A DNA stretch of 64,000 nucleotides. It comes from Lytechinus pictus (Eukaryota). Positions 14,694-25,410 of this stretch are shown here, piece by piece (positions within the stretch are counted from its first letter, which is position 1; the number at the start of each line of letters is the position of its first letter). The notes under the pieces are model-generated. The model did not search any database. It saw only the letters and a list, made by a program, of their open reading frames with translations, and was not told the DNA's origin. The DNA is taken from the NCBI RefSeq assembly GCF_037042905.1, contig NC_087251.1:14386001-14450000 (forward strand), written 5' to 3'. The translations under genes and the position numbers were made by a program.

Positions 14694-14850
14694 CCCGGGG
14701 GTGCCACTTACATTGACGAGTGGATACCATGCGCGACCAAAAAAAAACACGTAAAAAGGATGTCTTTTTCAATAAGAGAGGGCACGTTACGTACGTAACG
14801 TGATAGGGTGTCAAAAACACAAAAATATTGAAAAAAGGGTATCTATTTCC
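14694..14850 (+). mobile_element. Possible truncated end of a CCCGGGGG-terminated (EnSpm/CACTA-like) MITE embedded in the arm; mirrored at ~23075-23233
   Basis: CCCGGGGGTGCCACTTACATTGACGAGTGGATACC resembles a MITE terminus; present in both arms. Confidence 0.45.
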
Positions 14851-15023
14851 AGTACGTTGAGAGGCAAATGTCAGATCAGGGGAGGCAGGAGTACAATCAG
14901 GTTTTTTTAAAGGGAAGAATAGTGTAGAATAAAAGGTATTATATATACCCAAATGAGCTAGGTGAGGGAAGTGAACAATGATGTTTTTTAAAAAAAGAAT
15001 GAATATATATACCTTACCTGAAT

Positions 15024-17600
15024 ATTATGGTGAAGCCAATTTAAAAGGATCGAGGTGAGACAAGTTTCAATGGAGGTTTTAAAAAAGAATAAACTGTATT
15101 ATGGTGAAGCCAATTTAAAAGGAGGTGAGGCAAGTTTTAATGGAGGTTTTTAAAAAGAATAAACTGTATTATGGTGAAGCCAATTTAAAAGGAGGTGAGG
15201 CAAGTTTCAATGGAGGTTTTTAAAAAGAATAAACTGAATATGGTGAAGCCAATTTAAAAGGAGGTGAGGCAAGTTTCAATTGAGGTTTTTAAAAAGAATA
15301 AACTGTACTACAAATTTAAAAGGAGGCGAGGCAAGTTTCAATGGAGGTTTTTAAAAAAGAATAAACTGTACTACAAATTATGGTGAAGCCAATTTAAAAG
15401 GAGGTGAGGCAAGTTTCAATTGAGGTTTTTAAAAAGAATAAACTGTACTACAAATTTAAAAGGAGGTGAGGCAAGTTTTAATGGAGGTTTTTAAAAAGAA
15501 TAAACTGTATTATGGTGAAGCCAATTTAAAAGGAGGTGAGGCAAGTTTCAATGGAGGTTTTTAAAAAGAATACTACAAATTATGGTGAAGCCAATTTAAA
15601 AGGAGGTGAGGCAAGTTTCAATTGAGGTTTTTAAAAAGAATAAACTGTACTACAAATTTAAAAGGAGGCGAGGCAAGTTTCAATGGAGGTTTTTAAAAAA
15701 GAATAAACTGTACTACAAATTATGGTGAATTAAGCCAATTTAAAAGGAGGTGAGGCAAGTTTCAATGGAGGTTTTTAAAAAAGAATAAACTGTACTACAA
15801 ATTATGGTGAAGCCAATTCAAAATAGGAGGTGAGGAAAGTTTCAATGGAGGTTTTAAAAAAAGAATAAACTGTACTACAAATTATGGTGAAGCCATGCAA
15901 TTTAAAAGGAGGTGAGGCAAGTTTCAATGGAGGTTTTTAAAAAGAATAAACTGTATTATGGTGAAGCCAGTTTAAAAGGAGGTGAGGCAAGTTTCAATGC
16001 ATGGAGGTTTTTAAAAAGAATAAACTGTATATGGTGAAGCCAATTTAAAAGGAGGTGAGGCAAGTTTCAATGGAGGTTTTTAAAAAGAATAAACTGTATA
16101 TGGTGAAGCCAATTTAAAAGGAGGTGAGGCAAGTTTCAATGGAGGTTTTTAAAAAGAATAAACTGTATTATGGTGAAGCCAATTTAAAAGGAGGTGAGGC
16201 AAGTTTCAATGGAGGTTTTTAAAAAGAATAAACTGTACTACAAATTATGAAGCCAATTTAAAAGGAGGTGAGACAAGTTTCAATGGAGGTTTTTAAAAAG
16301 AATAAGCTGTACTAAAAATTATGAAGCCAATTTAAAAGGAGGTGAGACAAGTTTCAATGGAGGTTTTTAAAAAGAATAAACTGTATTATGGTGAAGCCAG
16401 TTTAAAAGGAGGTGAGGCAAGTTTCAATTGAGGTTTTTAAAAAGAATAAACTGTACTACAAATTTAAAAGGAGGCGAGGCAAGTTTCAATGGAGGTTTTT
16501 AAAAAAGAATAAACTGTACTACAAATTATGGTGAAGCCAATTTAAAAGGAGGTGAGGCAAGTTTCAATGGAGGTTTTTAAAAAAGAATAAACTGTACTAC
16601 AAATTATGGTGAAGCCAATTCAAAATAGGAGGTGAGGAAAGTTTCAATGGAGGTTTTAAAAAAAGAATAAACTGTACTACAAATTATGGTGAAGCCAATT
16701 TAAAAGGAGGTGAGGCAAGTTTCAATGGAGGTTTTTAAAAAGAATAAACTGTATTATGGTGAAGCGAGTTTAAAAGGAGGTGAGGCAAGTTTCAATGGAG
16801 GTTTTTAAAAAGAATAAACTGTAAATGGTGAAGCCAATTTAAAAGGAGGTGAGGCAAGTTTCAATGGAGGTTTTTAAAAAGAATAAACTGTATATGGTGA
16901 AGCCAATTTAAAAGGAGGTGAGGCAAGTTTCAATTGAGGTTTTTAAAAAGAATAAACTGTATTATGGTGAAGCCAATTTAAAAGGAGGTGAGGCAAGTTT
17001 CAATGGAGGTTTTTAAAAAGAATAAACTGTACTACAAATTATGAAGCCAATTTAAAAGGAGGTGAGACAAGTTTCAATGGAGGTTTTTAAAAAGAATAAA
17101 CTGTACTACAAATTATGAAGCCAATTTAAAAGGAGGTGAGACAAGTTTCAATGGAGGTTTTTAAAAAGAATAAACTGTATTATGGTGAAGCCAGTTTAAA
17201 AGGAGGTGAGGCAAGTTTCAATGGAGGTTTTTAAAAAGAATAAACTGTATATGGTGAAGCCAATTTAAAAGGAGGTGAGGCAAGTTTCAATGGAGGTTTT
17301 TAAAAAGAATAAACTGTACTACAAATTTAAAAGGAGGCGACGCAAGTTTCAATAGAGGTTTTTAAAAAGAATAAACTGTATTACAAATTATGGTGAAGCC
17401 AATTTAAAAGGAGGTGAGGCAATTAGTTAATGGAGGTTTTTAAAAAGAATAAACTGTATTACAAGTTATGGTGAAGGCAATTTGAGAGGAGGTGAGGCAT
17501 GTCTACAATGATTTTTTTTAAAGAATGATAAGTGTAGAATATAATTCAAATGATGAAGCCATATCTTAAGAGGTGCATGAGGCAAGTCTACAATGAGGTT
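15024..17600 (+). repeat. Tandem array of ~62-79-bp units (consensus TATGGTGAAGCCAATTTAAAAGGAGGTGAGGCAAGTTTCAATGGAGGTTTTTAAAAAGAATAAACTGTA), left arm, roughly 36 copies
   Basis: Directly visible, e.g. 70-bp period between 15101 and 15171; degenerates toward the element centre. Confidence 0.97.
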
Positions 17601-19909
17601 TCTAAAAACAATGAATAGTGAAGAAAAAGATCGCAATTGCTTTTAATAATCCACAAAATTGTGTAGTTATTTATTTCATGCAAATTGCTATTAATTGATT
17701 ATGCTCATTTGTGCATAATTAGTATACTATACCTATTCCTCTAACTCCCTAAATAAAGCTCCAAATGTTCTAATTTTTGGTTTAGAAACTCTTTGTGGTG
17801 TTCTTCGATAATGTATTTCTTGTGTTTTTACCTTTGTATTGCATTGTTTTTTTTCAACGATGCTCAGACTCTCGTAACAGCATAAAATAAATCAGTTTAG
17901 TTCAACAAAACTAAAAACAATTAGGCATTCATGAATTTTGGTTGAAAACGCATATTCCATTGACGTGGTACACAAATATCACAATTTTGAGCCATTTTTG
18001 TCTGATATGCACTTACAAATTGTTTGATAATTTTCAGAACCCAGTACCCGGGCTTCGCAAAACTGGTCTCAAAACATGCAAAAGACTTTTTTTTTAAAAT
18101 CGCAGAGCTCAGAGCCCCCCCCCCCCTGCGTAAATAGGTTAAGTTTGCATTAATTTTGAATTTTTCCATTCCCAAATACGTAATATCCCCTCCCCAAAAA
18201 TGCAATTGTCACTGAAATGGAATATACATAATATATTTTTTAATAAGCCATATTTGCAAAATAATCATCATGTCATCCTTTGTCAACAAGAAATCTGTAC
18301 ATGTCCTCTGGAAGAAAATAATACCTCGGCCGCCTATTAAATTCTAAGTTTTGATTTTGTAAGTATTTTACTTAGCAATTTGGCTGGCTTATCAAAATGC
18401 TTAAACTTGTATGCAGATCAGATCTCAGAATTTACCTTATCCAAATTGAACTAAATACTAATACCCATTGTGATGTTATAAATTTTGAGCCAAATAGTGC
18501 CAAATGTGTGAATGTATTTCTGTGCGTATCATTTTTGTATATGTAGACTTAAGTCTAGTAGATGGCTGACTTACATTTAAGCAAAATATTTAGCCAAAAA
18601 AAAAATGCAATTGAATACCAAAGATGGATAAGTATTTTACTTTTGCAAAATACTGAGTAAAATATACTTGAAATTGTGGCTTTAAGAGTAGCATTGAATA
18701 CCGGCCCTGTTCCTCATCATCATTATCATCCCACTACCACACCAGTTTCTGCAGCACAAACTTTAACTTTCATAGGTTGAGTCCATTTCAAAGCCAACAC
18801 TCTCACTTTAACTTTCTTTTTTCTCTTATAACATGACGTCCACACACTGCCAATCACATCCTTACAACACCAACTGTCAGAGGACAACAGAACTGCAGTT
18901 ACCATAGCATTACCCCCAAAACACCACTCAATTTTGAATTGATCCAAATGAAATATGACTGTGTTGCACAAAAAAAAGCTATGTAGTCATAGTAAATTTT
19001 ATTGACTTGTACATTCATAAGGCTATGCATATATTTTGAGTAATTGTTGTGTTGTCTTCAGTGATAGTTGGTACCCACTGTGCTTATGGCCAACTTTGGT
19101 AAAGGCATACATTGAATAAACTTTTATGTACTGAAAATGATGACAGAATATATTCTAAAAAAATAACATTACAAATGCATGACAGGTAATACAACATATT
19201 TCAACATGAACTATTTCACAATTTGCCAACATGACAATAAAAACTAACCTTAAAAAATAGTAGAAGCTGATGTTGGATGGAAAAGAATATTTTTGTCATA
19301 CAGCTTGAAAGACATTATATATGTATGCACTTAATGGTATCTACATGATCATTAAGTTCTTCTACACAGCTTGATATAATGTTGATTTATCCAGTTTGGC
19401 AAGTACTGTTGTGGTTGAGGCAAGGTTAATGGTTTTTCTGAATACTGAACCCCATTTTGTGTAACGAAATGAAATCTACCAGAGTTACATGACAAAGTAC
19501 AATAGAAGAAAATACCAACAGCTAGGCAAGCTTTTTTACATAAATCTTTTTTTCATATACTCTTTGATATTTTTTCTCAAAACAAATGTGGCCAGCCACC
19601 CAAATATCAACAATAAGTTGCCAGGGAAGGTTCGTAGAAAATAACCAAAATAGTAATTCAGTTTTCCAAACGCATATTTAGAATATTGGTTTATCCGAAA
19701 AAAAAAGAAATTTCTTCATACTGTCAAAATGTGAGGTTGTAAAAGTTGAAGACAAAATACAAGACTTTGATATCCGTGTTTTGCTCACTGCTAAGTAGTT
19801 GAACTACATATTACACATCGCATGCTTAAGTGAACCCCAAATCTTGTTCTCTTATTTGTTGAAGCTCTCACCAAACTTCTTCTGCATTCAATGAAGTACT
19901 AGCGAGGGA

Positions 19910-22900
19910 TATTATTCTTTTTAAAAACCTCCATTGAGGCTTGCCTCACCTCCTTTTAAATTGGCTTCACCATAATTTGTAGTACAGTTTATTCTATTTA
20001 TAAACCTCCATTGAAACTTGCCTCACCTCCTTTCAAATTTGTAGTACAGTTTATTCTTTTTAAAAATCTCCATTAAAACTTGCCTCACCTCCTTTTAAAT
20101 TGGCTTCACCATCATTTGTAGTAGTTTATTCTTTTTAAAAACGGACTTGCCTCGCCTCCTTTTAAATTGCCTTCACCATAACTTGTAATACAGTTTATTC
20201 TTTTTAAAAACCTCCATTGAAACTTGCCTCACCTCCTTTTAAATTGGCTTCACCATAATGTTTATTCTATTTATAAACCTCCATTGAAACTTGCCTCACC
20301 TCCTTTTAAATTTGTAGTACAGTTTATTTTTTTTAAAACCTCCATTGAAACTTGCCTCACCTCCTTTTAAATTGGCTTCACCATAATACAGTTTATTCTT
20401 TTCAAAAACCTCAATTGAAACTTGCCTCACCTCCTTTTAAATTGGCTTCACCATAATACAGTTTATTTTTTAAAACCTCCATTGAAACTTGCCTCACCTC
20501 CTTTTAAATTGGCTTCACCATAATACAGTTTATTCTTTTTTTAAACCTCCATTGAAACTTGTCTCAACTCCTTTTAAATTGGCTTCACCATAACTTGTAA
20601 TACAGTTTATTCTTTTCAAAAACCTCCATTGAGGCTTGCCTCACCTCCTTTTAAATTGGCTTCACCATAACTTGTAATACAGTTTATTCTTTTTAAAGAC
20701 CTCCATTGAAACTTGCCTCACCTCCTTTCAAATTTGTAGTACAGTTTATTCTTTTAAAAAACCTCAATTGAAACTTGCCTCACCTCCTTTTAAATTGGCT
20801 TCACCATAATACAGTTTATTTTTTTAAACCTCCATTGAAACTAGCCTCACCTCCTTTTAAATTGGCTTCACCATATACAGTTTATTCTTTTTAAAAACCT
20901 CCATTGAGGCTTGCCTCACCTCCTTTTAAATTGGCTTCACCATAATTTGTAGTACAGTTTATTCTATTTATAAACCTCCATTGAAACTTGCCTCACCTCC
21001 TTTCAAATTTGTAGTACAGTTTATTCTTTTTAAAAATCTCCATTAAAACTTGCCTCACCTCCTTTTAAATTGGCTTCACCATCATTTGTAGTAGTTTATT
21101 CTTTTTAAAAACGGACTTGCCTCGCCTCCTTTTAAATTGCCTTCACCATAACTTGTAATACAGTTTATTCTTTTTAAAAACCTCAATTGAAACTTGCCTC
21201 ACCTCCTTTTAAATTGGCTTCACCATAATTTGTAGTACAGTTTATTCTATTTATAAACCTCCATTGAAACTTGCCTCACCTCCTTTTAAATTTGTAGTAC
21301 AGTTTATTTTTTTTAAAACCTCCATTGAAACTTGCCTCACCTCCTTTTAAATTGGCTTCACCATAATACAGTTTATTCTTTTCAAAAACCTCAATTGAAA
21401 CTTGCCTCACCTCCTTTTAAATTGGCTTCACCATAATACAGTTTATTTTTTAAAACCTCCATTGAAACTTGCCTCACCTCCTTTTAAATTGGCTTCACCA
21501 TAATACAGTTTATTCTTTTTTTAAAACTCCATTGAAACTTGTCTCAACTCCTTTTAAATTGGCTTCACCATAACTTGTAATACAGTTTATTCTTTTCAAA
21601 AACCTCCATTGAGGCTTGCCTCACCTCCTTTTAAATTGGCTTCACCATAACTTGTAATACAGTTTATTCTTTTTAAAGACCTCCATTGAAACTTGCCTCA
21701 CCTCCTTTCAAATTTGTAGTACAGTTTATTCTTTTAAAAAACCTCAATTGAAACTTGCCTCACCTCCTTTTAAATTGGCTTCACCATAATACAGTTTATT
21801 TTTTTAAACCTCCATTGAAACTAGCCTCACCTCCTTTTAAATTGGCTTCACCATATACAGTTTATTCTTTTTAAAAACCTCCATTGAGGCTTGCCTCACC
21901 TCCTTTTAAATTGGCTTCACCATAATTTGTAGTACAGATAATTCTTTTTTTAAAACCTCCATTGAAACTTGCCTCACCTCCTTTTAAATTGGCTTCACCA
22001 TAATACAGTTTATTCTTTTTAAATACCTCCATTGAGGCTTGCCTCACCTCCTTTTAAATTGGCTTCACCATAATTTGTAGTACAGTTTATTCTTTTTAAA
22101 AACCTCCATTGAAACTTGCCTCACCTCCTTTCAAATTTGTAGTACAGTTTATTCTTTTTAAAAACCTCAATTGAAACTTGCCTCACCTCCTTTCAAATTT
22201 GTAGTACAGTTTATTCTTTTTAAAAATCTCCATTAAAACTTGCCTCACCTCCTTTTAAATTGGCTTCACCATCATTTGTAGTAGTTTATTCTTTTTAAAA
22301 ACGGACTTGCCTCGCCTCCTTTTAAATTGCCTTCACCATAACTTGTAATACAGTTTATTCTTTTTAAAAACCTCCATTGAAACTTGCCTCACCTCCTTTT
22401 AAATTGGCTTCACCATAATTTGTAGTACAGTTTATTCTATTTATAAACCTCCATTGAAACTTGCCTCACCTCCTTTTAAATTTGTAGTACAGTTTATTTT
22501 TTTTAAAACCTCCATTGAAACTTGCCTCACCTCCTTTTAAATTGGCTTCACCATAATACAGTTTATTCTTTTCAAAAACCTCAATTGAAACTTGCCTCAC
22601 CTCCTTTTAAATTGGCTTCACCATAATACAGTTTATTTTTTAAAACCTCCATTGAAACTTGCCTCACCTCCTTTTAAATTGGCTTCACCATATTCAGTTT
22701 ATTCTTTTTAAAAACCTCCATTGAAACTTGCCTCACCTCCTTTTAAATTGGCTTCACCATAATACAGTTTATTCTTTTTAAAAACCTCCATTAAAACTTG
22801 CCTCACCTCCTTTTAAATTGGCTTCACCATAATACAGTTTATTCTTTTTTAAAACCTCCATTGAAACTTGTCTCACCTCCTTTTAAATTTGCTTCGATCA

Positions 22901-22915
22901 CCATAATATTCAGGT
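19910..22915 (-). repeat. Same ~70-bp satellite in inverted orientation, right arm, roughly 43 copies with a ~970-980-bp higher-order repeat
   Basis: Reverse complement of the left array; blocks starting at 19921 and 20891 are near-identical. Confidence 0.97.
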
Positions 22916-23363
22916 AAGGTATATTCATTCTTTTTTTAAAAAACATCATTGTTCACTTCCCTCACCTAGATCATTTGGGTATATATAATACCTTTTATTC
23001 TACACTATTCTTCCCTTTAAAAAAACCTGATTGTACTCCTGCCTCCCCTGATCTGACATTTGCCTCTCAATTAACGTACTGGAAATAGATACCCTTTTTT
23101 CAATATTTTTGTGTTTTTGACACCCTTATCACGTTACGTACGTAACGTGCCCTCTCTTGAAAAAGACATCCTTTTTACGTGTTTTTTTGGTCGCGCATGG
23201 TATCCACTCGTCAATGTAAGTGGCACCCCCGGGCGTACTGTACATAGTGTTATTTTATTATCTCTTTGTATTGGAAACTTCGTTTTACCGAATTGCCATG
23301 CACTCTCTCCGACGCGTTTGAAGTCTTAGACAGCATGGCATACTACCAGCCGATGGTACACAC

Positions 23364-25065
23364 CACTGGCGTAAATCCGTGTTGATGGGTGGGGGGGATG
23401 ACTGAAATATTTTGGCTTTTTTTTTTGCAGTCATGTTTTTAGATATGCAAGGAATTGTCTTGATATGTACCGTGGGTCACGGCATTGGGGAGGGGGCACC
23501 AGCAAAATGTTTGAATCACTGAGTGAGCGCGCTCAGTTGCCAGTTATTCTGACCTAATAGAGACATTTTCTGGACAATGTCATTAAACGGATATGCATCT
23601 CACTGATCAAATAATGCGAGCGCGAAGCGCGAGCTGAATTTTTTTTATATTCACACCTAAAAAGAGACATTATAATCAAATTTGTGTAATCATGATAGGT
23701 ACCTGTCTCGCTAAACAATACGAGCGCGAAGCGCGAGCTGAAGTTTTCGTATATTTTTACCCCAAACAGCGAGATTTTGAGGAATATATTTTAGGAATCC
23801 ATTAAGAGTATGCATATCTCACCATAGTCATCTAATGCGAGTGCCAAGCGCTTGCTGGTTTATAAGAATTACATCTGAACACATGAAACACTTTTTGTAG
23901 TCATTGCAATCATGATTATCATACGCATCTCACTAATCAAATATTGCGAGCGCGAAGCGCGAGCTGAAAATTTAGATAATTCAGACCTGAAGTGGGGCAT
24001 TCTAAGGTTTCTTTCTAGGAATTAACTAGGACCATCCGTAATTCAATATCCAAATGATGCGAGCGCGAAGCGCGAGCTGAAAATTTTTGATATTCAGATC
24101 AGAAGGGACATTTTAAGGACTGATTTTAGGAATTCATGAAGAGCAGACATATTTCACCAATCCACTAATGCGAACGTAATCACGGACAGGAAATGTTTTA
24201 TATATAAGAAGACCTTAACATGGGGCAATTAATTTTTGAGTCATGAAAAAGAAGCATATGTCATTACATAAAACAATGATAACTCAAGTGCTAGGAAATA
24301 TATTTTGTTTATATTGACTTGAAAACGGGATGTTTCAGTACAACATGATTATATATCTCGTTAGCAGACAATACAAGCACCAGGAACAATGAAGACGTAG
24401 GCCCTGGGCAAATTATGTTTCATGAAGTTATGATAAAAAAATTTCTTATGTAATGCAACATAACATAATTATAATATAACATTATAATGAATAATATTTT
24501 CTTTTTTCCCACTATACGCTTCTCTTCCTTTCTCCCTCTTTTCTCCTTTTCCCCTTTTCCCCGTTTTTTTTTTTTTGGTCAGCCGATTGGGAGGGCACGT
24601 GCCCCCCATGCCCCCCCCCCCGTAGTTACGCCACTGTATGTCCATATGGCAAATACCCCTCCAATATTATCATCTTTTTTACCCCATGATGGTTTAATGG
24701 TTTTATTAGAGATTACATTAAAAAAAAATTGACATTCCATCTTAATCCCTTCCCAAAGACACCAACATTGATGAAGTGGAAGAAACGGGAGTTTCTCTTC
24801 AATGTTATGATAAGGACAGAAGTATTTCGTTTGGAAATGGTGAACTGGCTCTTTATTTGCATGTTATGATTCAATAATATTGTTTTATTTGTTAAGCGGT
24901 ATTTCAGGAAGAATTTTCACCAATAAAACAATTATCTCTTGTGATGTTTTTTTTTCTTCATTTCTTTCGTAAAAAGTGGGGGGGATGTTTGTACAGGCCA
25001 TCCCCCCCTCCTCGAAAAGTGGGGGGGATATATCCCCCCCATCCCCCCCGGGATTTACGCCAGTG
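23364..25065. mobile_element. Non-autonomous hAT-type element nested in the right Foldback arm
   Basis: 15-bp TIR CACTGGCGTAAATCC/GGATTTACGCCAGTG; 8-bp TSD GTACACAC (23356-23363, 25066-25073); the left arm shows the empty site. Confidence 0.9.
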
Positions 25066-25283
25066 GTACACACACGCACACACACACACGTTATTTGACA
25101 ACTTGTCTCTGGAGCCAAAGTTCCTCGCATATAACTATCTGCATGCCTGCACGCAGTGTGTATTGAACACGCACGACCACGATCTAATGAATATTCATCG
25201 GCGAGACTGACGTCATTTTACGAGTCTCCTTTCAAACTTGGATCATAAGTGCCTACCTAAAAAATACAGCTGATCTCGAGTGC

Positions 25284-25293
25284 GCGCATGCGC
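25284..25293. promoter_or_regulatory. NRF1-type palindromic site GCGCATGCGC in the proximal promoter/5' leader
   Basis: Exact NRF1 core 30 bp upstream of the ATG. Confidence 0.55.
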
Positions 25294-25323
25294 TCTGCAT
25301 ACATATACGGCAAGCAACGCAAC

Positions 25324-25410
25324 ATGGAGGCCTACCAAGATTACGAAGGACATGCCACAAAGCGGCAAAGAACAGATACCGGAGGAAGAGGGATACAATC
25401 TGGAGCTAGG
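25324..25410 (+). CDS. HNRNPL: hnRNP L coding exon 1 (MEAYQDYEGHATKRQRTDTGGRGIQSGAR)
   Basis: Good start context AACATGG; KRQRTD resembles the N-terminal basic motif of hnRNP L (vertebrate PKRLKTD); phase-0 donor AGG|GTATGA fits the phase-0 acceptor at 36035. Confidence 0.82.

Larger units (their letters stand above)
14373..25257. mobile_element. Non-autonomous Foldback/Mutator(MULE)-type DNA transposon, 10.9 kb, modular long TIRs
   Basis: Termini GGTAGGCACTTATGATCC...GGATCATAAGTGCCTACC; perfect 9-bp TSD TAAAAAATA at 14364-14372 and 25258-25266; ~650-bp near-identical outer arms plus inverted satellite inner arms; 2.3-kb non-coding centre. Confidence 0.9.

Noticed and set aside
17600..19910. 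Transposase or captured gene in the Foldback centre (ORFs 17921-18205, 18726-18971)
   Set aside because: No DDE, zinc-finger or other recognisable motif; short ORFs in AT-rich sequence, part of which looks like another MITE end. A translated search could still reveal a decayed remnant.
15024..22915. CRISPR-like array, or repeated Shine-Dalgarno AAGGAGGTGA in every unit
   Set aside because: Units are contiguous tandem monomers with no unique spacers, there are no cas genes and the context is eukaryotic; the SD match is most likely coincidental.
14373..25257. Assembly fold-back artefact as the explanation for the giant inverted repeat
   Set aside because: The arms differ by indels, have different higher-order satellite structure and a one-sided insertion with its own TSD, and the whole is flanked by a 9-bp TSD; an artefact would give exact mirror copies.
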